Position numbers and translations under genes: made by a program. From contig OZ245006.1 in assembly GCA_965223545.1 (NCBI GenBank), forward strand, positions 416,001 through 480,000: a DNA stretch of 64,000 bases. Reading direction: 5' to 3'. Below are positions 9,627-23,351 of the stretch, piece after piece. The first letter of the stretch is position 1. Each line of letters opens with the position of its first letter. The stretch comes from Planctomycetota bacterium (lineage in GTDB: Bacteria > Planctomycetota > UBA1135 > UBA2386). The notes below the pieces were generated by a model. It made no database searches, had not been told where the DNA came from, and saw only the letters and a list, made by a program, of their open reading frames with translations.

Positions 9627-10856
9627 GTGGACCTGTTCGCGAAGTGCCATCGATTCACCCGCGCCAAGGAGGTGCAGGCGAAAGGGTTGTACCCGTACTT
9701 CATCCCGACGGCCAGCAGCCGCGGGACGGAGGTCGAGATCGGCGGCCGCCGCCTGATCATGGCCGGCAGCAACAACTACCTCGGCCTCACCCACCATCCG
9801 CGCGTGTGCAGCGCGGTGCGCGCCGCGGTCGACCGGCACGGCTCGTCGTGCACCGGCTCGCGCTTCCTCAACGGCACGCTCGAGCTGCACGAGGAGCTCG
9901 AACGGCGATTGGCGCAGTTCTTGGGCCGCGAGGCAGCGCTTTGCTTCTCGACCGGCTTCCAGGCGAACCTCGGCGTCATCGCTTCGCTGTGCCGCAAGGG
10001 CGACGTGATCTACTGCGATCGCGACAACCACGCCTCCTTGTTCGACGGCTGCCGGCTGAGCTTCGCCGAGACCCGCAAGTTCGCGCACAACGACTGCCAG
10101 CAGCTGCGCACGCTGCTCGAGCGGTCGGCGGAGCGCGGCGTCGGCGGCCAGCTCATTCTGGTGGATGGCGCGTTCTCGATGCTCGGCGACCTCGCCGACC
10201 TGCCGACTCTGACCGCGTTGGCCCGGCGCTACGGCGCGCGGCTGATGGTCGATGAAGCGCATTCGGTCGGCGTGCTCGGGGCCACCGGGCGCGGCGTCGC
10301 CGAGCACTTCGGCGTCGAGGCCGACGTCGATTTGGTCGTCGGCACCTTCAGCAAGAGCCTGGCCAGCATCGGCGGCTTCGTCGCCGGCCCCGAGGCGGTG
10401 GTCCACTACATCAAGCACCACGCCCGTTCGCTGATCTTCTCGGCCTCGATCCCGGCGAGCGCGGCCGCCGCCGCCCTCGCGGCGCTCGACGTCATCGAAA
10501 GCGAGCCCGAGCTGCGGCGCCGCCTACACAACAACGCAACCCGTGCGCGCACCGAGCTCGCCCGCATGGGCTATCGCCTCGGCCCGACGCAGACGCCGAT
10601 CGTGCCGGTGATCATCGGTGACCAAACCCGGCTGTTCCACTTCTGGAAGGGCCTGTTCGACGCCGGGTTGTACACCAATCCAGTCACCGGACCGGCGGTG
10701 CCGGCGGGAATGGACCTGATCCGCACGTCGTACATGGCAACCCACAGCGACGCGCAGCTGGACCGCATCCTCGAGATCTTCGAGACCGTCGGCCGCCGCC
10801 AGGGCCTGATCCCCGGCGGGAGGGCGCGCACTGCGCAGCGCCAGGCGCTCGGCTGA
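9627..10856 (+). CDS. Serine palmitoyltransferase-like PLP enzyme (alpha-oxoamine synthase family)
   Basis: LYPYF, GSNNYLGL, GSRFLNGT, NHAS, DEAHS, GTFSKS. Confidence 0.8.
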   Translation: MDLFAKCHRFTRAKEVQAKGLYPYFIPTASSRGTEVEIGGRRLIMAGSNNYLGLTHHPRVCSAVRAAVDRHGSSCTGSRFLNGTLELHEELERRLAQFLGREAALCFSTGFQANLGVIASLCRKGDVIYCDRDNHASLFDGCRLSFAETRKFAHNDCQQLRTLLERSAERGVGGQLILVDGAFSMLGDLADLPTLTALARRYGARLMVDEAHSVGVLGATGRGVAEHFGVEADVDLVVGTFSKSLASIGGFVAGPEAVVHYIKHHARSLIFSASIPASAAAAALAALDVIESEPELRRRLHNNATRARTELARMGYRLGPTQTPIVPVIIGDQTRLFHFWKGLFDAGLYTNPVTGPAVPAGMDLIRTSYMATHSDAQLDRILEIFETVGRRQGLIPGGRARTAQRQALG

Positions 10857-10916
10857 GCCGAGTTTGCCAGGACGAGACCCGACTCGGAGGCGCTGCCGGT
10901 TAAGCTGAGACCAGCG

Positions 10917-14357
<3,441 letters not shown>

Positions 14358-14382
14358 GTTGCTGGTGAGTACAAGGGCACTC

Positions 14383-14757
14383 ATGTTCGACCATGTCAAG
14401 TTCGGCGTCCGCGACTTTGCGCGGAGCAAGGCCTTCTACGTGCAGGCGCTCGAACCGATTGGCGTCACCGTGGTCACGGACTGGCCGCCGAACGGTGCTG
14501 AGCTGAGTCAACCGGATGGCGAGAGCTCTCTATGCCTGTACCAAACGGAGGAGAAGCCCGCGCATCTGCACATTGCGTTCGTCGCCGAGAACCGACGACA
14601 GGTCGACGCGTTCTATGCCGCCGCTCTCAGCGCGGGCGGGCAAGACAACGGGCCACCTGGACTTCGACCTCAGTACAGCGGGCGGTACTACGCCGCCTTT
14701 GTTCTCGACCCCGACGGACACAACATCGAAGTGGTCTGCCATGAGGCGGAGGACTGA
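14383..14757 (+). CDS. VOC/glyoxalase family protein
   Basis: MFDHV, HIAF, NGPPGLRP, YYAAFVLDPDGHNIEVV. Confidence 0.9.
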   Translation: MFDHVKFGVRDFARSKAFYVQALEPIGVTVVTDWPPNGAELSQPDGESSLCLYQTEEKPAHLHIAFVAENRRQVDAFYAAALSAGGQDNGPPGLRPQYSGRYYAAFVLDPDGHNIEVVCHEAED

Positions 14758-14768
14758 GGAGCCGCAGC

Positions 14769-16208
14769 TCACCGCTCGAGCACGGTCGCTACGAACCCCG
14801 GCCTCGACACTTCCCGCAGTGTGTAGCGCTGGCGCAGGTACTCGTCCGCAAAGCGCGCCAACCACGGCGGCCGCCCCAGCTCCGCGAACCGCCGCCAGGC
14901 AGCCTCGGTGACGAAGACCGAGCCGGTGCGCATGTAGTCGCGCACGAACGCGTCGAACAAGACGCAACCCTGCTCGTAGGGAACGCCCGAGGAGTCGAAG
15001 TGCAGGGCCAGGCGCACGGCGGACGCCGCCGGAGTCCGCGGCGTCACCCGTAGGATCGCGTCGACCTCGCCGCTGTCGCCACAGATCACGAAGCCCGGCC
15101 CGCCGTCCAGCTCGGCGGCGACGCCGCGGCCGAAGGCGTCGTCCACCGCGCCGCGGTCGTGGTTCCAGACCAGCGTGACTGCGAGGGCGATGCCGAGGGC
15201 GATGGCGGCGCGCTGCACGACCAAAGGACACGCGGCGACCACCAGCAGGCCTGCGGGAAACACCAAGGGTAGGAAGTAGGCGCCGCGTTCTTCGGTGCCG
15301 ATCAGCACTGCCGCGGCGAAGCCGGTGTAGACGGCGACGCAGCAGACCAACAACACCGTGCCGCGGACCAGCCGACGCCGCAGGAAACCCGCGAGGAACA
15401 GCAGCGAAACCGGGAACAGACCGATCCCCCACTCCTCGAGCAGGACCTTTGGCAACAGCCCCCAGTGGAATCCCTCCGCGTAGCGCTCCGCCAAGAAGCC
15501 CAGCTGGCCGCCGAGCGGCGCCTCGACGGTGGCTGGCTGCAGCGCGGTGCCGCCGATGACGACCAGTGCGGTGTGCGTGGCGGCCGCGGCCGCGCCGGCG
15601 CGCAGCGCCGCCGCCCACGGCACGCGCCTCCGCACGACCTCGTGCAGCACGGCTGCCGCGACGACGCCCAGCAGCAGATGGCCGGTGCTGTGCACCAACG
15701 TGGCGGCCGCCGTTGCGGCACCGGTCACCGCCGCGGCGACAACTCCCGGGCGCCGCACGAGGCCGATCGCGAGCCACGCCACGACACCCGCGAACGCCAA
15801 GAAGACCGCGTGGATCTCGACGACGGTGGCGAAGAAGACCACGCCGGGAGCCGTCGCGGACAGCCAGCCCACCCTCCGCGCCGAGGCCCGGCAGCCGGTG
15901 AGACGGTAGGCCGCCAGCCAGAAGCCCAGCACGCCGGCGGTCGCGCCCAAGCCCGAGCACCAGCGCATGCTCTCGAACAGATTGCAGCCGAGCGCCTGCA
16001 GCGGCTGCACGAGGGCACCGACGAGCGGTAGGTACAGCAAGTGGACCGGGTGCGCGCGATCGTGCGCCAACCAGGTGACCAGGTAGTACGCGTCTTGTCC
16101 CCAGATCGCGTCTTGCGCGAGCGCGCCGTAGCCCACCACGCACGCAGCAGCCAGCACCAGGCCGTCCGCGGCCAGCCTCCACGTCGCGCTGGCCGCTGCG
16201 GAAGCCAC
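14769..16208 (-). CDS. Polytopic membrane protein, possible GT-C glycosyltransferase
   Basis: Many hydrophobic helices; DAYY...HPVHLLY, FATVVEIH, EERGAYFLP; start (GTG 16208) inferred to avoid overlap with rplQ. Confidence 0.55.
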   Translation of the reverse strand: MASAAASATWRLAADGLVLAAACVVGYGALAQDAIWGQDAYYLVTWLAHDRAHPVHLLYLPLVGALVQPLQALGCNLFESMRWCSGLGATAGVLGFWLAAYRLTGCRASARRVGWLSATAPGVVFFATVVEIHAVFLAFAGVVAWLAIGLVRRPGVVAAAVTGAATAAATLVHSTGHLLLGVVAAAVLHEVVRRRVPWAAALRAGAAAAATHTALVVIGGTALQPATVEAPLGGQLGFLAERYAEGFHWGLLPKVLLEEWGIGLFPVSLLFLAGFLRRRLVRGTVLLVCCVAVYTGFAAAVLIGTEERGAYFLPLVFPAGLLVVAACPLVVQRAAIALGIALAVTLVWNHDRGAVDDAFGRGVAAELDGGPGFVICGDSGEVDAILRVTPRTPAASAVRLALHFDSSGVPYEQGCVLFDAFVRDYMRTGSVFVTEAAWRRFAELGRPPWLARFADEYLRQRYTLREVSRPGFVATVLER

Positions 16209-16221
16209 TGGCCTGGAGGCC

Positions 16222-16626
16222 TTACTCCTCGTCGTCGGCGACGGCGGCGAGCTGTTCGGCCAACACGGTGTTGTCGACCAGCTCGAAGATCGCCTTGCTG
16301 CCGCCATCGCCGATGCGATAGCCCGGCAGGCGGACGATGCGGGTGCAGCCGCCGGGCCGGCTCTGGTAGCGCGGCCCGAGCTCACCGAAGAGCTTGGCCA
16401 CCGCGTCCCGGTCCTGCAGCTGCGACAGCGCGCGGCGGTAGCGGTGCAGCGTCTTCTCCTTGCCGAGCGTCATCATCTTCTCGACGCGGCGCTGCATGCC
16501 CTTGGCCTTCTCGACGGTAGTGACCACGCGCTCGTGCTTGATCACCGAGACGATGAAGTTGCGGGTCATCGCCTCGCGGTGCGCCGAGTTGCGGCCGAGC
16601 TTCTTTCCGGCAATGCGGTGTCTCAT
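16222..16626 (-). CDS. rplQ: 50S ribosomal protein L17
   Basis: MRHR...KLGR, TTVEKAK, RPGGCTRI. Confidence 0.97.
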   Translation of the reverse strand: MRHRIAGKKLGRNSAHREAMTRNFIVSVIKHERVVTTVEKAKGMQRRVEKMMTLGKEKTLHRYRRALSQLQDRDAVAKLFGELGPRYQSRPGGCTRIVRLPGYRIGDGGSKAIFELVDNTVLAEQLAAVADDEE

Positions 16627-16653
16627 GACTTGCGTCTCTCGAGCTTGAGTTCG

Positions 16654-17652
16654 TCAGGCGTTGGCGTCGGAAGCAAGCCCGAGCGACAGCCCCAGCGCAG
16701 CCAACTTGGTCTTGACCTCCTTGAGGGAGGTCTTGCCGAAGTTGCGCACCTTGAGGATGTCGGACTCGGTGAGCTGCACCAGATCGCGCAGGGTCTGCAG
16801 GTTTTCCGAATCGAGGCAGTTCTTGGCGCGCACCGACAGGTCGAGGATGTCGACCGACTTGGACAGCAGCTCGTCGAGCTCCGCGCGCTTGGCGGTCTCG
16901 TCGCCCTCGGGCGCCAGCCCGCCGCCCTCGATGGCCAGGTCTTCCTTGAGTTCGAAGTACTGGACGAAGGGGTTGAGGTGCTTGCGGTAGATCTTGCTGG
17001 CCTCGACCAGGGCGATCTCCGGCGACACGGTGCCGTCTGTCCAGATGTCGAGCACCAACCGGTCGAAGTTGGTGAACTTGCCGACCCGGGTGTTCTCGAT
17101 CGCGTACTTGACGCGGTACACCGGGCTGAAGATCGAGTCGACCGGGATGGTGCCGACTTCCATGTCCTCGGTGACGTTGTCGTCCGCGGTCACGTAGCCG
17201 CGACCCTTGCGCACCTGCATCTCGCAGTAGAACCGCACCTCTTCGGTCAGGGTGCAGATCTTGAGGTCGGGGTTGACGACCTCGACGCTGTGATCGGTCT
17301 CGATGTCCGCCGCGGTGACGTCACCCTTGCGCGAGACGTCGATGCGCAGCGTGCTGGCGGCGTCGTTGTGCATGCGCACGCGCAGCTTCTTCAGGTTGAG
17401 GATGATCCGGGTGACGTCCTCGTAGACGCCCTGGATCGACGAAAACTCGTGCACCACCCCCTCGATCTTGACCCACGTCACCGCGGTGCCCTCGATCGAC
17501 GACAGCAGCACGCGCCGCAACCCGTTGCCGATGGTCTGACCGAAGCCGCGCTCGAACGGCTCGACCGTGAACCGGCCGTAGGTGTCGTTGGAGACGTCCT
17601 GGTCCATCTGCACCAGGGACGGCAGCTCGAAGTTGCGCCAACGAATTCTCAT
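16654..17652 (-). CDS. rpoA: RNA polymerase subunit alpha
   Basis: EPFERGFGQTIGNGLRRVLLSS, LSVRAKNCL, NFGKTSL. Confidence 0.98.
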   Translation of the reverse strand: MRIRWRNFELPSLVQMDQDVSNDTYGRFTVEPFERGFGQTIGNGLRRVLLSSIEGTAVTWVKIEGVVHEFSSIQGVYEDVTRIILNLKKLRVRMHNDAASTLRIDVSRKGDVTAADIETDHSVEVVNPDLKICTLTEEVRFYCEMQVRKGRGYVTADDNVTEDMEVGTIPVDSIFSPVYRVKYAIENTRVGKFTNFDRLVLDIWTDGTVSPEIALVEASKIYRKHLNPFVQYFELKEDLAIEGGGLAPEGDETAKRAELDELLSKSVDILDLSVRAKNCLDSENLQTLRDLVQLTESDILKVRNFGKTSLKEVKTKLAALGLSLGLASDANA

Positions 17653-17689
17653 CGCATCACCACCCTTATCTACACACGAACAACTACGA

Positions 17690-18313
17690 CTACCTGGAGC
17701 AGAGCTCGACGATGAGCTGCTCGTTGATCGGGTGCGGGACGTCCTCCCGCTTCGGCAGTTGCACGACCTTGCCCTTGAGCTCGCTCGGGATCGCCTCGAG
17801 CCAGCCGGCCACGCCCTGCCCCTTGTTCACTTCGACGGCCTCGGAGGCCTTCTTCTTGATCTTCTCGCTGCCGCGGACCTCGATGTCGTCGCCGGGCCGC
17901 ACCAGGTAGCTGGGCACGCTCATGCGGCGCCCGCGGACGAACACGTGACCGTGGGCCACCATCTGCCGGGCGTCGAAACGGGACAGCGCCAGGCCCAAGT
18001 TGAGCACGACGTTGTCCAAGCGACGCTCGAGCAGCACCAGCAGGTTCTCACCCGTGTTGCCCTTCTGCCGGACCGCGGTCTGGAAGTACTTGCTGAACTG
18101 CCGTTCGAGCACACCGTAGATCCGCTTCGCCTTCTGCTTCTCGCGCAGCTGGGTCGCGTAATCGGTGGTCTTGCGCGGACGGGTGTGCATGCCGGGCGGA
18201 TAGTCCCGCCGGTTGATGCCACACTTCTCCGAGAAGCAGCGCTGTCCCTTGAGGAACAGCTTCATGCTCTCGCGCCGGCAGAGCTTGCAGACGTTGCCAG
18301 TGAACCTCGCCAT
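17690..18313 (-). CDS. rpsD: 30S ribosomal protein S4
   Basis: CKLCRRE, LREKQK, LERRLDN. Confidence 0.98.
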   Translation of the reverse strand: MARFTGNVCKLCRRESMKLFLKGQRCFSEKCGINRRDYPPGMHTRPRKTTDYATQLREKQKAKRIYGVLERQFSKYFQTAVRQKGNTGENLLVLLERRLDNVVLNLGLALSRFDARQMVAHGHVFVRGRRMSVPSYLVRPGDDIEVRGSEKIKKKASEAVEVNKGQGVAGWLEAIPSELKGKVVQLPKREDVPHPINEQLIVELCSR

Positions 18314-18330
18314 AATCGATCCTCAATCCG

Positions 18331-18708
18331 TCAGACCCGGCGGCGCTTCGGCGCCCGGCATCCGTTGTGCGGCAGCGGTGTGCAGTCCTCGATCACCTTG
18401 ATGTCGATGCCCGAGTGCGCCAGAGCGCGGATCGCGGACTCGCGGCCCGAACCCGGCCCCTTCACCCGGACTTCGAGCTCGTGCACGCCCATCTTCCGCA
18501 GCTTGTCGGAGACCTTGTCGGCCGCGCGCTGCGCGGCAAACGGCGTGCTCTTGCGGCTGCCCTTGTAGCCGATCGTCCCCGCCGAGTCCCAGGCAATGAC
18601 CTGCCCGGTCGCGTCGGTGACGGTGACGATCGTGTTGTTGAAGGACGCCTTGATGTGGGCAATCGCCTTGCCCACGTTCTTGCGTGTCCGCTTCTTCTTT
18701 TCCGCCAT
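18331..18708 (-). CDS. rpsK: 30S ribosomal protein S11
   Basis: SFNNT, KSTPFAA, PHNGCR. Confidence 0.98.
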   Translation of the reverse strand: MAEKKKRTRKNVGKAIAHIKASFNNTIVTVTDATGQVIAWDSAGTIGYKGSRKSTPFAAQRAADKVSDKLRKMGVHELEVRVKGPGSGRESAIRALAHSGIDIKVIEDCTPLPHNGCRAPKRRRV

Positions 18709-18736
18709 CGGTGTCGTCCGGAGCCGGGTGACCGGC

Positions 18737-19114
18737 CTACTTCCGCAGAATCTTCTTGTTGGCGACCGTCTTGCGCGGCCCTTTGCGCGTCCGCGCGTTG
18801 CACCGCGTCCGCTGCCCGTGCGCCGGCAACCCGCGCCGGTGGCGCAGCCCGCGGTAGCACATGATTTCCTTCAGTCGGTTGATGTTCGCCAGGTTCTGCC
18901 GCCGCAGCGGACCCTCCACGATCAACGCCGACTCGAGGTGGGCGGCGATCTTGGCGACATCGTCGTCCGACAGGTCCCGCGCCCGCATGTCGGGGCTCAG
19001 GTCCAGATCGGTGACGATCTTGTCGGCAGTGGTCTGGCCAATGCCGTAGATGTAGGTCAGCGCGATGCGGACCTTCTTGTCGTTGGGTAGGTCGACTCCG
19101 ACGATGCGTGGCAT
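18737..19114 (-). CDS. rpsM: 30S ribosomal protein S13
   Basis: [25 protein letters not shown]. Confidence 0.98.
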   Translation of the reverse strand: MPRIVGVDLPNDKKVRIALTYIYGIGQTTADKIVTDLDLSPDMRARDLSDDDVAKIAAHLESALIVEGPLRRQNLANINRLKEIMCYRGLRHRRGLPAHGQRTRCNARTRKGPRKTVANKKILRK

Positions 19115-19123
19115 ACCGCGCTC

Positions 19124-19240
19124 CTACTTGCCCTGGCGCTGTTTGTGGCGGGGATTGGTGCAGATGATGCGGACCACACCGCGCCGCCGCACGACGCGGC
19201 AGCTCTCGCACATGCGGCGAACACTCGCTCTGACCTTCAC
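19124..19240 (-). CDS. rpmJ: 50S ribosomal protein L36
   Basis: GTG start; [13 protein letters not shown]...[12 protein letters not shown]. Confidence 0.95.
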   Translation of the reverse strand: MKVRASVRRMCESCRVVRRRGVVRIICTNPRHKQRQGK

Positions 19241-19318
19241 GATGACGACCTCGAAAAACAGCGGCAAACCCGCCGGGCGCGCGCCCCGCGGGTGACTCGA
19301 ATTCGGCAATGGGACGCT

Positions 19319-19996
19319 TCACGCACGGGCGGCGCCCCCCAGCTTGTCCACCAGGTCGTCGAGCACTGCGCCCGGCGCCTGGTCGGCATTGATCACGATC
19401 AGCACCCCGCGCGATCGGTAGTAATCGAGCAGGGGCTCGGTCTGCGAACGATAGGCTTCGAGCCGGGTCTCCACCACTTCCGCGCGGTCATCGGGCCGTT
19501 GGCTCGTCGGCTCTCCGCACCGGTCGCAGCGGTCCGCGACCGAGGTGGGGTTGAACTCGACGTGCCAGATCGCCCCGCAGCTGCTGTTCGTGCAGGTGCG
19601 GCGCCCGGTGAGCCGGCGGACCAGGATGGAGTGCGGCACCTCGAAGTAGGCCACGTGGGTCAACGCGGCCTCTCGGGGTAAGCCCTGATCCAGAGACTGA
19701 GCCTGGGTGAGAGTACGGGGAAAGCCGTCCAGAATCCAGGCCGACTTCGCGTCCGGCTGGCCGATCCGCTCCAGCACCATCGCGATGATCAGCGCGTCCG
19801 GCACCAGCTGGCCCTGATCCATGAACTGCTGCGCCTGCCGGCCGAGCTCGGTGCCGTTCTTGCGGTGCTCCCGCAGCATGTCGCCGGAGGAGACGTGCAG
19901 CACGCCGCTGCGCTCGACCAGCTGTTTGGCCTGCGTGCCCTTGCCGGCTCCCGGCGCGCCCAGGAAGACGGCGCGGATCTGGCCGCCGTCGCTCAA
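19319..19996 (-). CDS. adk: Adenylate kinase
   Basis: GAPGAGKGTQ, LDGFPRT, Cys-containing LID. Confidence 0.97.
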   Translation of the reverse strand: MSDGGQIRAVFLGAPGAGKGTQAKQLVERSGVLHVSSGDMLREHRKNGTELGRQAQQFMDQGQLVPDALIIAMVLERIGQPDAKSAWILDGFPRTLTQAQSLDQGLPREAALTHVAYFEVPHSILVRRLTGRRTCTNSSCGAIWHVEFNPTSVADRCDRCGEPTSQRPDDRAEVVETRLEAYRSQTEPLLDYYRSRGVLIVINADQAPGAVLDDLVDKLGGAARA

Positions 19997-21339
19997 CGGC
20001 GCCCCCAGCCCGACTGGCCGCCGCTCTCCTTCATGAAGCCCTCGTAGTTGCGCATGATCAACATCGCGTTGAGCTTCTCGACGAGGTCCAGAGCCACGCC
20101 GACCACGATCAGGATCGACGTGCCGCTCATGAAGTAGAGGAACGTCTGGTCCATCCCGGCAAACGAGCCGCTGATGAAGGACGGGAACACCGCGACGACG
20201 GTGAGGAACGCGGCGCCGGCCAGCGTGATGCGCACCATCGTCTGCTCCAGGAACTCGGCGGTGTTCTTACCGGGCCGGATGCCGGGGATGAACGAGCCGT
20301 GCTCCTTGAGGTTGTCGGCCATCTCGTTCGGCTGGAACATCAGTGAGGTCCAGAAGAACGAGAAGAAGAAGATCAGCGCGCCGTAGAGGAACACGTACCA
20401 GAAGCCGCGCCCGGTGCCGAAGGTGTCGCGCAGCCAGTTGATGCTGGTCGCGTCGCCGATCAGCGACGGGATGATCAACAGCGCCGAGGCGAAGATGATC
20501 GGCATCACGCCGGCGTGGTTGACCTTGATCGGCAGGAAGTGGCGCTGGCCACCGTAGACGCGGCGGCCGCGGGTCTGCTTGGCCTGCTGGATCGGAATCC
20601 GGCGCTGCGACTTGGTCATGAACACCACGGCGACCACCGCGGCACCCCACGCCACCACGAACAGCAGCAGCGTCTGGTAGGTGTCGGTGGCCATCGCACC
20701 GGAGTCCGACTGGAACATGGCCAAGAACGCCGGCCACAGCTCGGCGACGATGCCGGCCATGATGATCAGCGAGATGCCGTTGCCGGCACCGTGCTCGGTG
20801 ATCTGCTCACCGAGCCACATGATGAACAGGGTGCCCGCGATCATGCAGATCATCACCACGATCGCGTACAGCCCGAACCACGGCACCACGTCGGCGTGCA
20901 GCATCGAGTCCGCGCTGGCGCGGTCCTTGCCCAACACACCGAAGATCACGAAGAACGACTGCAGGATGCAGATCGGGATCGTCGCCAGGCGCGTGAACTG
21001 GTTGATCTTGCGCTGCCCCGAGGCGCCCTCCTTCGAGAGCTTCTCGAGCGAGGGCAAGACCTTGACCAGCAGCGAGAAGATGATGCTCGCCGAGATGTAG
21101 GGCATCACCCCGAGCGAGAAGATCGATGCCTGCTGCAGCTGGGCACCCGTGAGGATGTTGATGATCCCCGTCAGCCCGCCGCCGGACGTCGCCCCCATGC
21201 GCTCGAGGAACTTGTCGTAGTTGACGCCGGGGATCGGGATCGCGAAGCCGATCCGATAGCAGAACAGCAGCCCCAGCGTGATCAGGAGCTTGTCGCGGAT
21301 CTCCTTGACCCGGACCAGGTTGCCAATCGTCACCGACAT
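19993..21339 (-). CDS. secY: Preprotein translocase SecY
   Basis: SIFSLGVMPYISASII, WLGEQIT, GNGISL, IPGIRPG, GTSILI. Confidence 0.98.
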   Translation of the reverse strand: MSVTIGNLVRVKEIRDKLLITLGLLFCYRIGFAIPIPGVNYDKFLERMGATSGGGLTGIINILTGAQLQQASIFSLGVMPYISASIIFSLLVKVLPSLEKLSKEGASGQRKINQFTRLATIPICILQSFFVIFGVLGKDRASADSMLHADVVPWFGLYAIVVMICMIAGTLFIMWLGEQITEHGAGNGISLIIMAGIVAELWPAFLAMFQSDSGAMATDTYQTLLLFVVAWGAAVVAVVFMTKSQRRIPIQQAKQTRGRRVYGGQRHFLPIKVNHAGVMPIIFASALLIIPSLIGDATSINWLRDTFGTGRGFWYVFLYGALIFFFSFFWTSLMFQPNEMADNLKEHGSFIPGIRPGKNTAEFLEQTMVRITLAGAAFLTVVAVFPSFISGSFAGMDQTFLYFMSGTSILIVVGVALDLVEKLNAMLIMRNYEGFMKESGGQSGWGRR

Positions 21340-21372
21340 CGTTGCGTCCTCGGACTACGCGAAAACAAGCCG

Positions 21373-21879
21373 TCAGGCCTCCGGTGCGGGCTGTCCCTTC
21401 TTCTGGAACTTGGGGCGGTGCACGACGCGCGGACGCATCTCCACCGCGCCCCCCGCGGCCTCGATCTTCTGCTTGGCAGAAGCGGTGATCGCGTCCACCA
21501 CCACGGTCACTTTGACCGTGACCTCGCCGTCGCCGAGCACCTTGAACAGGTCGCTGTGCTTGGCCTTGGAGGCCAAACCAGCGTCGAGAACGGCGGCCAG
21601 GTCGACGCGCGTGCCGGCCTCGAAACCGTTCAGGTCGGACACGTTGATCGTGGTGTAGAACTTGCGGAAGTTCTTGTTGTTGAAGCCGCGCTTGGGAATG
21701 CGGCGAAACAGCGGCATCTGGCCGCCTTCCCAGGCGATGCGACGCGACCAGCCCGAGCGCGCCCGCGCGCCCTTGTGGCCGCGGCCCGCGGTCTTGCCGT
21801 TTCCCGAACCGGTGCCGCGGCCAACGCGGTGCGGATTGGGGTTCTTGATGCCCTTGGACTTGGCTTCGCTGAGGTTCAT
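21373..21879 (-). CDS. rplO: 50S ribosomal protein L15
   Basis: RVGRGTGSGNGKTAGRGHKG, EGGQMPL, PKRGF; ATG overlaps the rpsE stop. Confidence 0.96.
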   Translation of the reverse strand: MNLSEAKSKGIKNPNPHRVGRGTGSGNGKTAGRGHKGARARSGWSRRIAWEGGQMPLFRRIPKRGFNNKNFRKFYTTINVSDLNGFEAGTRVDLAAVLDAGLASKAKHSDLFKVLGDGEVTVKVTVVVDAITASAKQKIEAAGGAVEMRPRVVHRPKFQKKGQPAPEA

Positions 21880-22388
21880 TCGACCTTGACTCCTCGGAGC
21901 TCCTCGACCTGACTGCGGTCGCGCAGTCGGGACAGGGCGTCCATCGTGGCCTTGACGACGTTGAGCGAGTTCGACGAGCCGTAGTTCTTGGTCAGGATGT
22001 CGGTGATGCCCGCCAGCTCGACCACCTTGCGCACCGCCTTGCCGGCGATGATGCCGGTGCCCGGCGAGGCTGGAATCAACCGCACCCGCGACGAGCAAAA
22101 GCGCCCCTCGACGAAGTGCGGGATGCTGCTGCCGTCGCGCAGCACGCGCATCAGCCGCTTGCGACCGTCCTTGACCGCCTTCTCGACGGCGCTCGGCACT
22201 TCCTTGGCCTTGCCATAGCCGATGCCGACGCACCCGTCGCGGTTGCCGACCACGGCCAGCGCGCTGAACGAGAACCGGCGGCCGCCCTTCACCACTGCCG
22301 CCGAGCGGTTGATGTTGATGACGTCGTCCTCGACCTCGATGGCCAAGGCCTCGTCGATCGGCATCGTGGGATACTTCTTCTTCACCAT
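21876..22388 (-). CDS. rpsE: 30S ribosomal protein S5
   Basis: VVKGGRRFSF, GKAKEV, PGTGIIAG. Confidence 0.97.
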   Translation of the reverse strand: MVKKKYPTMPIDEALAIEVEDDVININRSAAVVKGGRRFSFSALAVVGNRDGCVGIGYGKAKEVPSAVEKAVKDGRKRLMRVLRDGSSIPHFVEGRFCSSRVRLIPASPGTGIIAGKAVRKVVELAGITDILTKNYGSSNSLNVVKATMDALSRLRDRSQVEELRGVKVE

Positions 22389-22399
22389 GGCGCGGCTCT

Positions 22400-22774
22400 C
22401 TAAAACTCCAAACCACCGGCGCGGGCGGCGTCGGCCAGCGCTTTGACGCGTCCGTGGAACTGATACCAGCCCCGGTCGAACTTGACCTTGGTCACTCCCG
22501 CGGCCTTGGCGCGCTCCGCCATCGCGGTGCCGACCGCGGCGGCGACATCCGCCTTCTTCTTGCCGGAGAGCTCACCGCGCAGCTGCTTGTCGCGTGAGGA
22601 CGCCGACGCCAGGGTGCGACCCGCCTCGTCGTCGATCAGCTGGCAGTAGATGTTCTTCGCACTGCGATAGACCGACAGCCGAGGCCGGTCGCTGACCGAC
22701 GCCAGCTTGCCCCGCGTGCTCTTGGCGACGCGGGTGCGCTTGATCGTCTTGCGGTTCTTCCGATTGCGATTCAC
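22400..22774 (-). CDS. rplR: 50S ribosomal protein L18
   Basis: [25 protein letters not shown] start. Confidence 0.96.
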   Translation of the reverse strand: MNRNRKNRKTIKRTRVAKSTRGKLASVSDRPRLSVYRSAKNIYCQLIDDEAGRTLASASSRDKQLRGELSGKKKADVAAAVGTAMAERAKAAGVTKVKFDRGWYQFHGRVKALADAARAGGLEF

Positions 22775-22784
22775 GGCTTTACCT

Positions 22785-23336
22785 CTACGCGTTGCCAAAC
22801 GCCTTGCCGGCCTTGCGGCGGATGATCTCGTCGTCGTATTTGATGCCCTTGCCCTTGTAGGGCTCGGGCGGACGCAGGCGGCGGACGTTGGCGGCGAACT
22901 CACCGACCATCTGCTTGTCACAGCCCTCGACCACGATCGTGGTCTGGCTGGGGCAGGTGACGTTGAGTCCAGTGGGAACCTTGCGGCGCACCGGGTGCGA
23001 GAAGCCCAGGGTCAGCACCAAGTCGGCGCCTTCGATCTTGGCGTTGTAGCCGACGCCGTTGATCTCCAGCTTCTTGGCATAACCATCGGTCACGCCGACC
23101 ACCATGTTCTGCACCAGCGCGCGGGTCATGCCGTGGTAGGCGCGAGCCGACGCGTCGCGGACGCTCTTGGCCCGCGACTGCACCCGCAGCACACCGTCCT
23201 CGACCTCGACCCCGACCTCCGGGCGCAGCGTCATCGCGAGCTCACCCTTGGGGCCCTTGACCTTCAGCTGGTCGTCGGCGTGCGTCACCTTGACGGCCGC
23301 CGGGATGACCACGGGCTTTCTACCAATGCGCGACAT
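22785..23336 (-). CDS. rplF: 50S ribosomal protein L6
   Basis: [20 protein letters not shown]. Confidence 0.98.
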   Translation of the reverse strand: MSRIGRKPVVIPAAVKVTHADDQLKVKGPKGELAMTLRPEVGVEVEDGVLRVQSRAKSVRDASARAYHGMTRALVQNMVVGVTDGYAKKLEINGVGYNAKIEGADLVLTLGFSHPVRRKVPTGLNVTCPSQTTIVVEGCDKQMVGEFAANVRRLRPPEPYKGKGIKYDDEIIRRKAGKAFGNA

Positions 23337-23351
23337 CTGTTCTGTCCTCGT

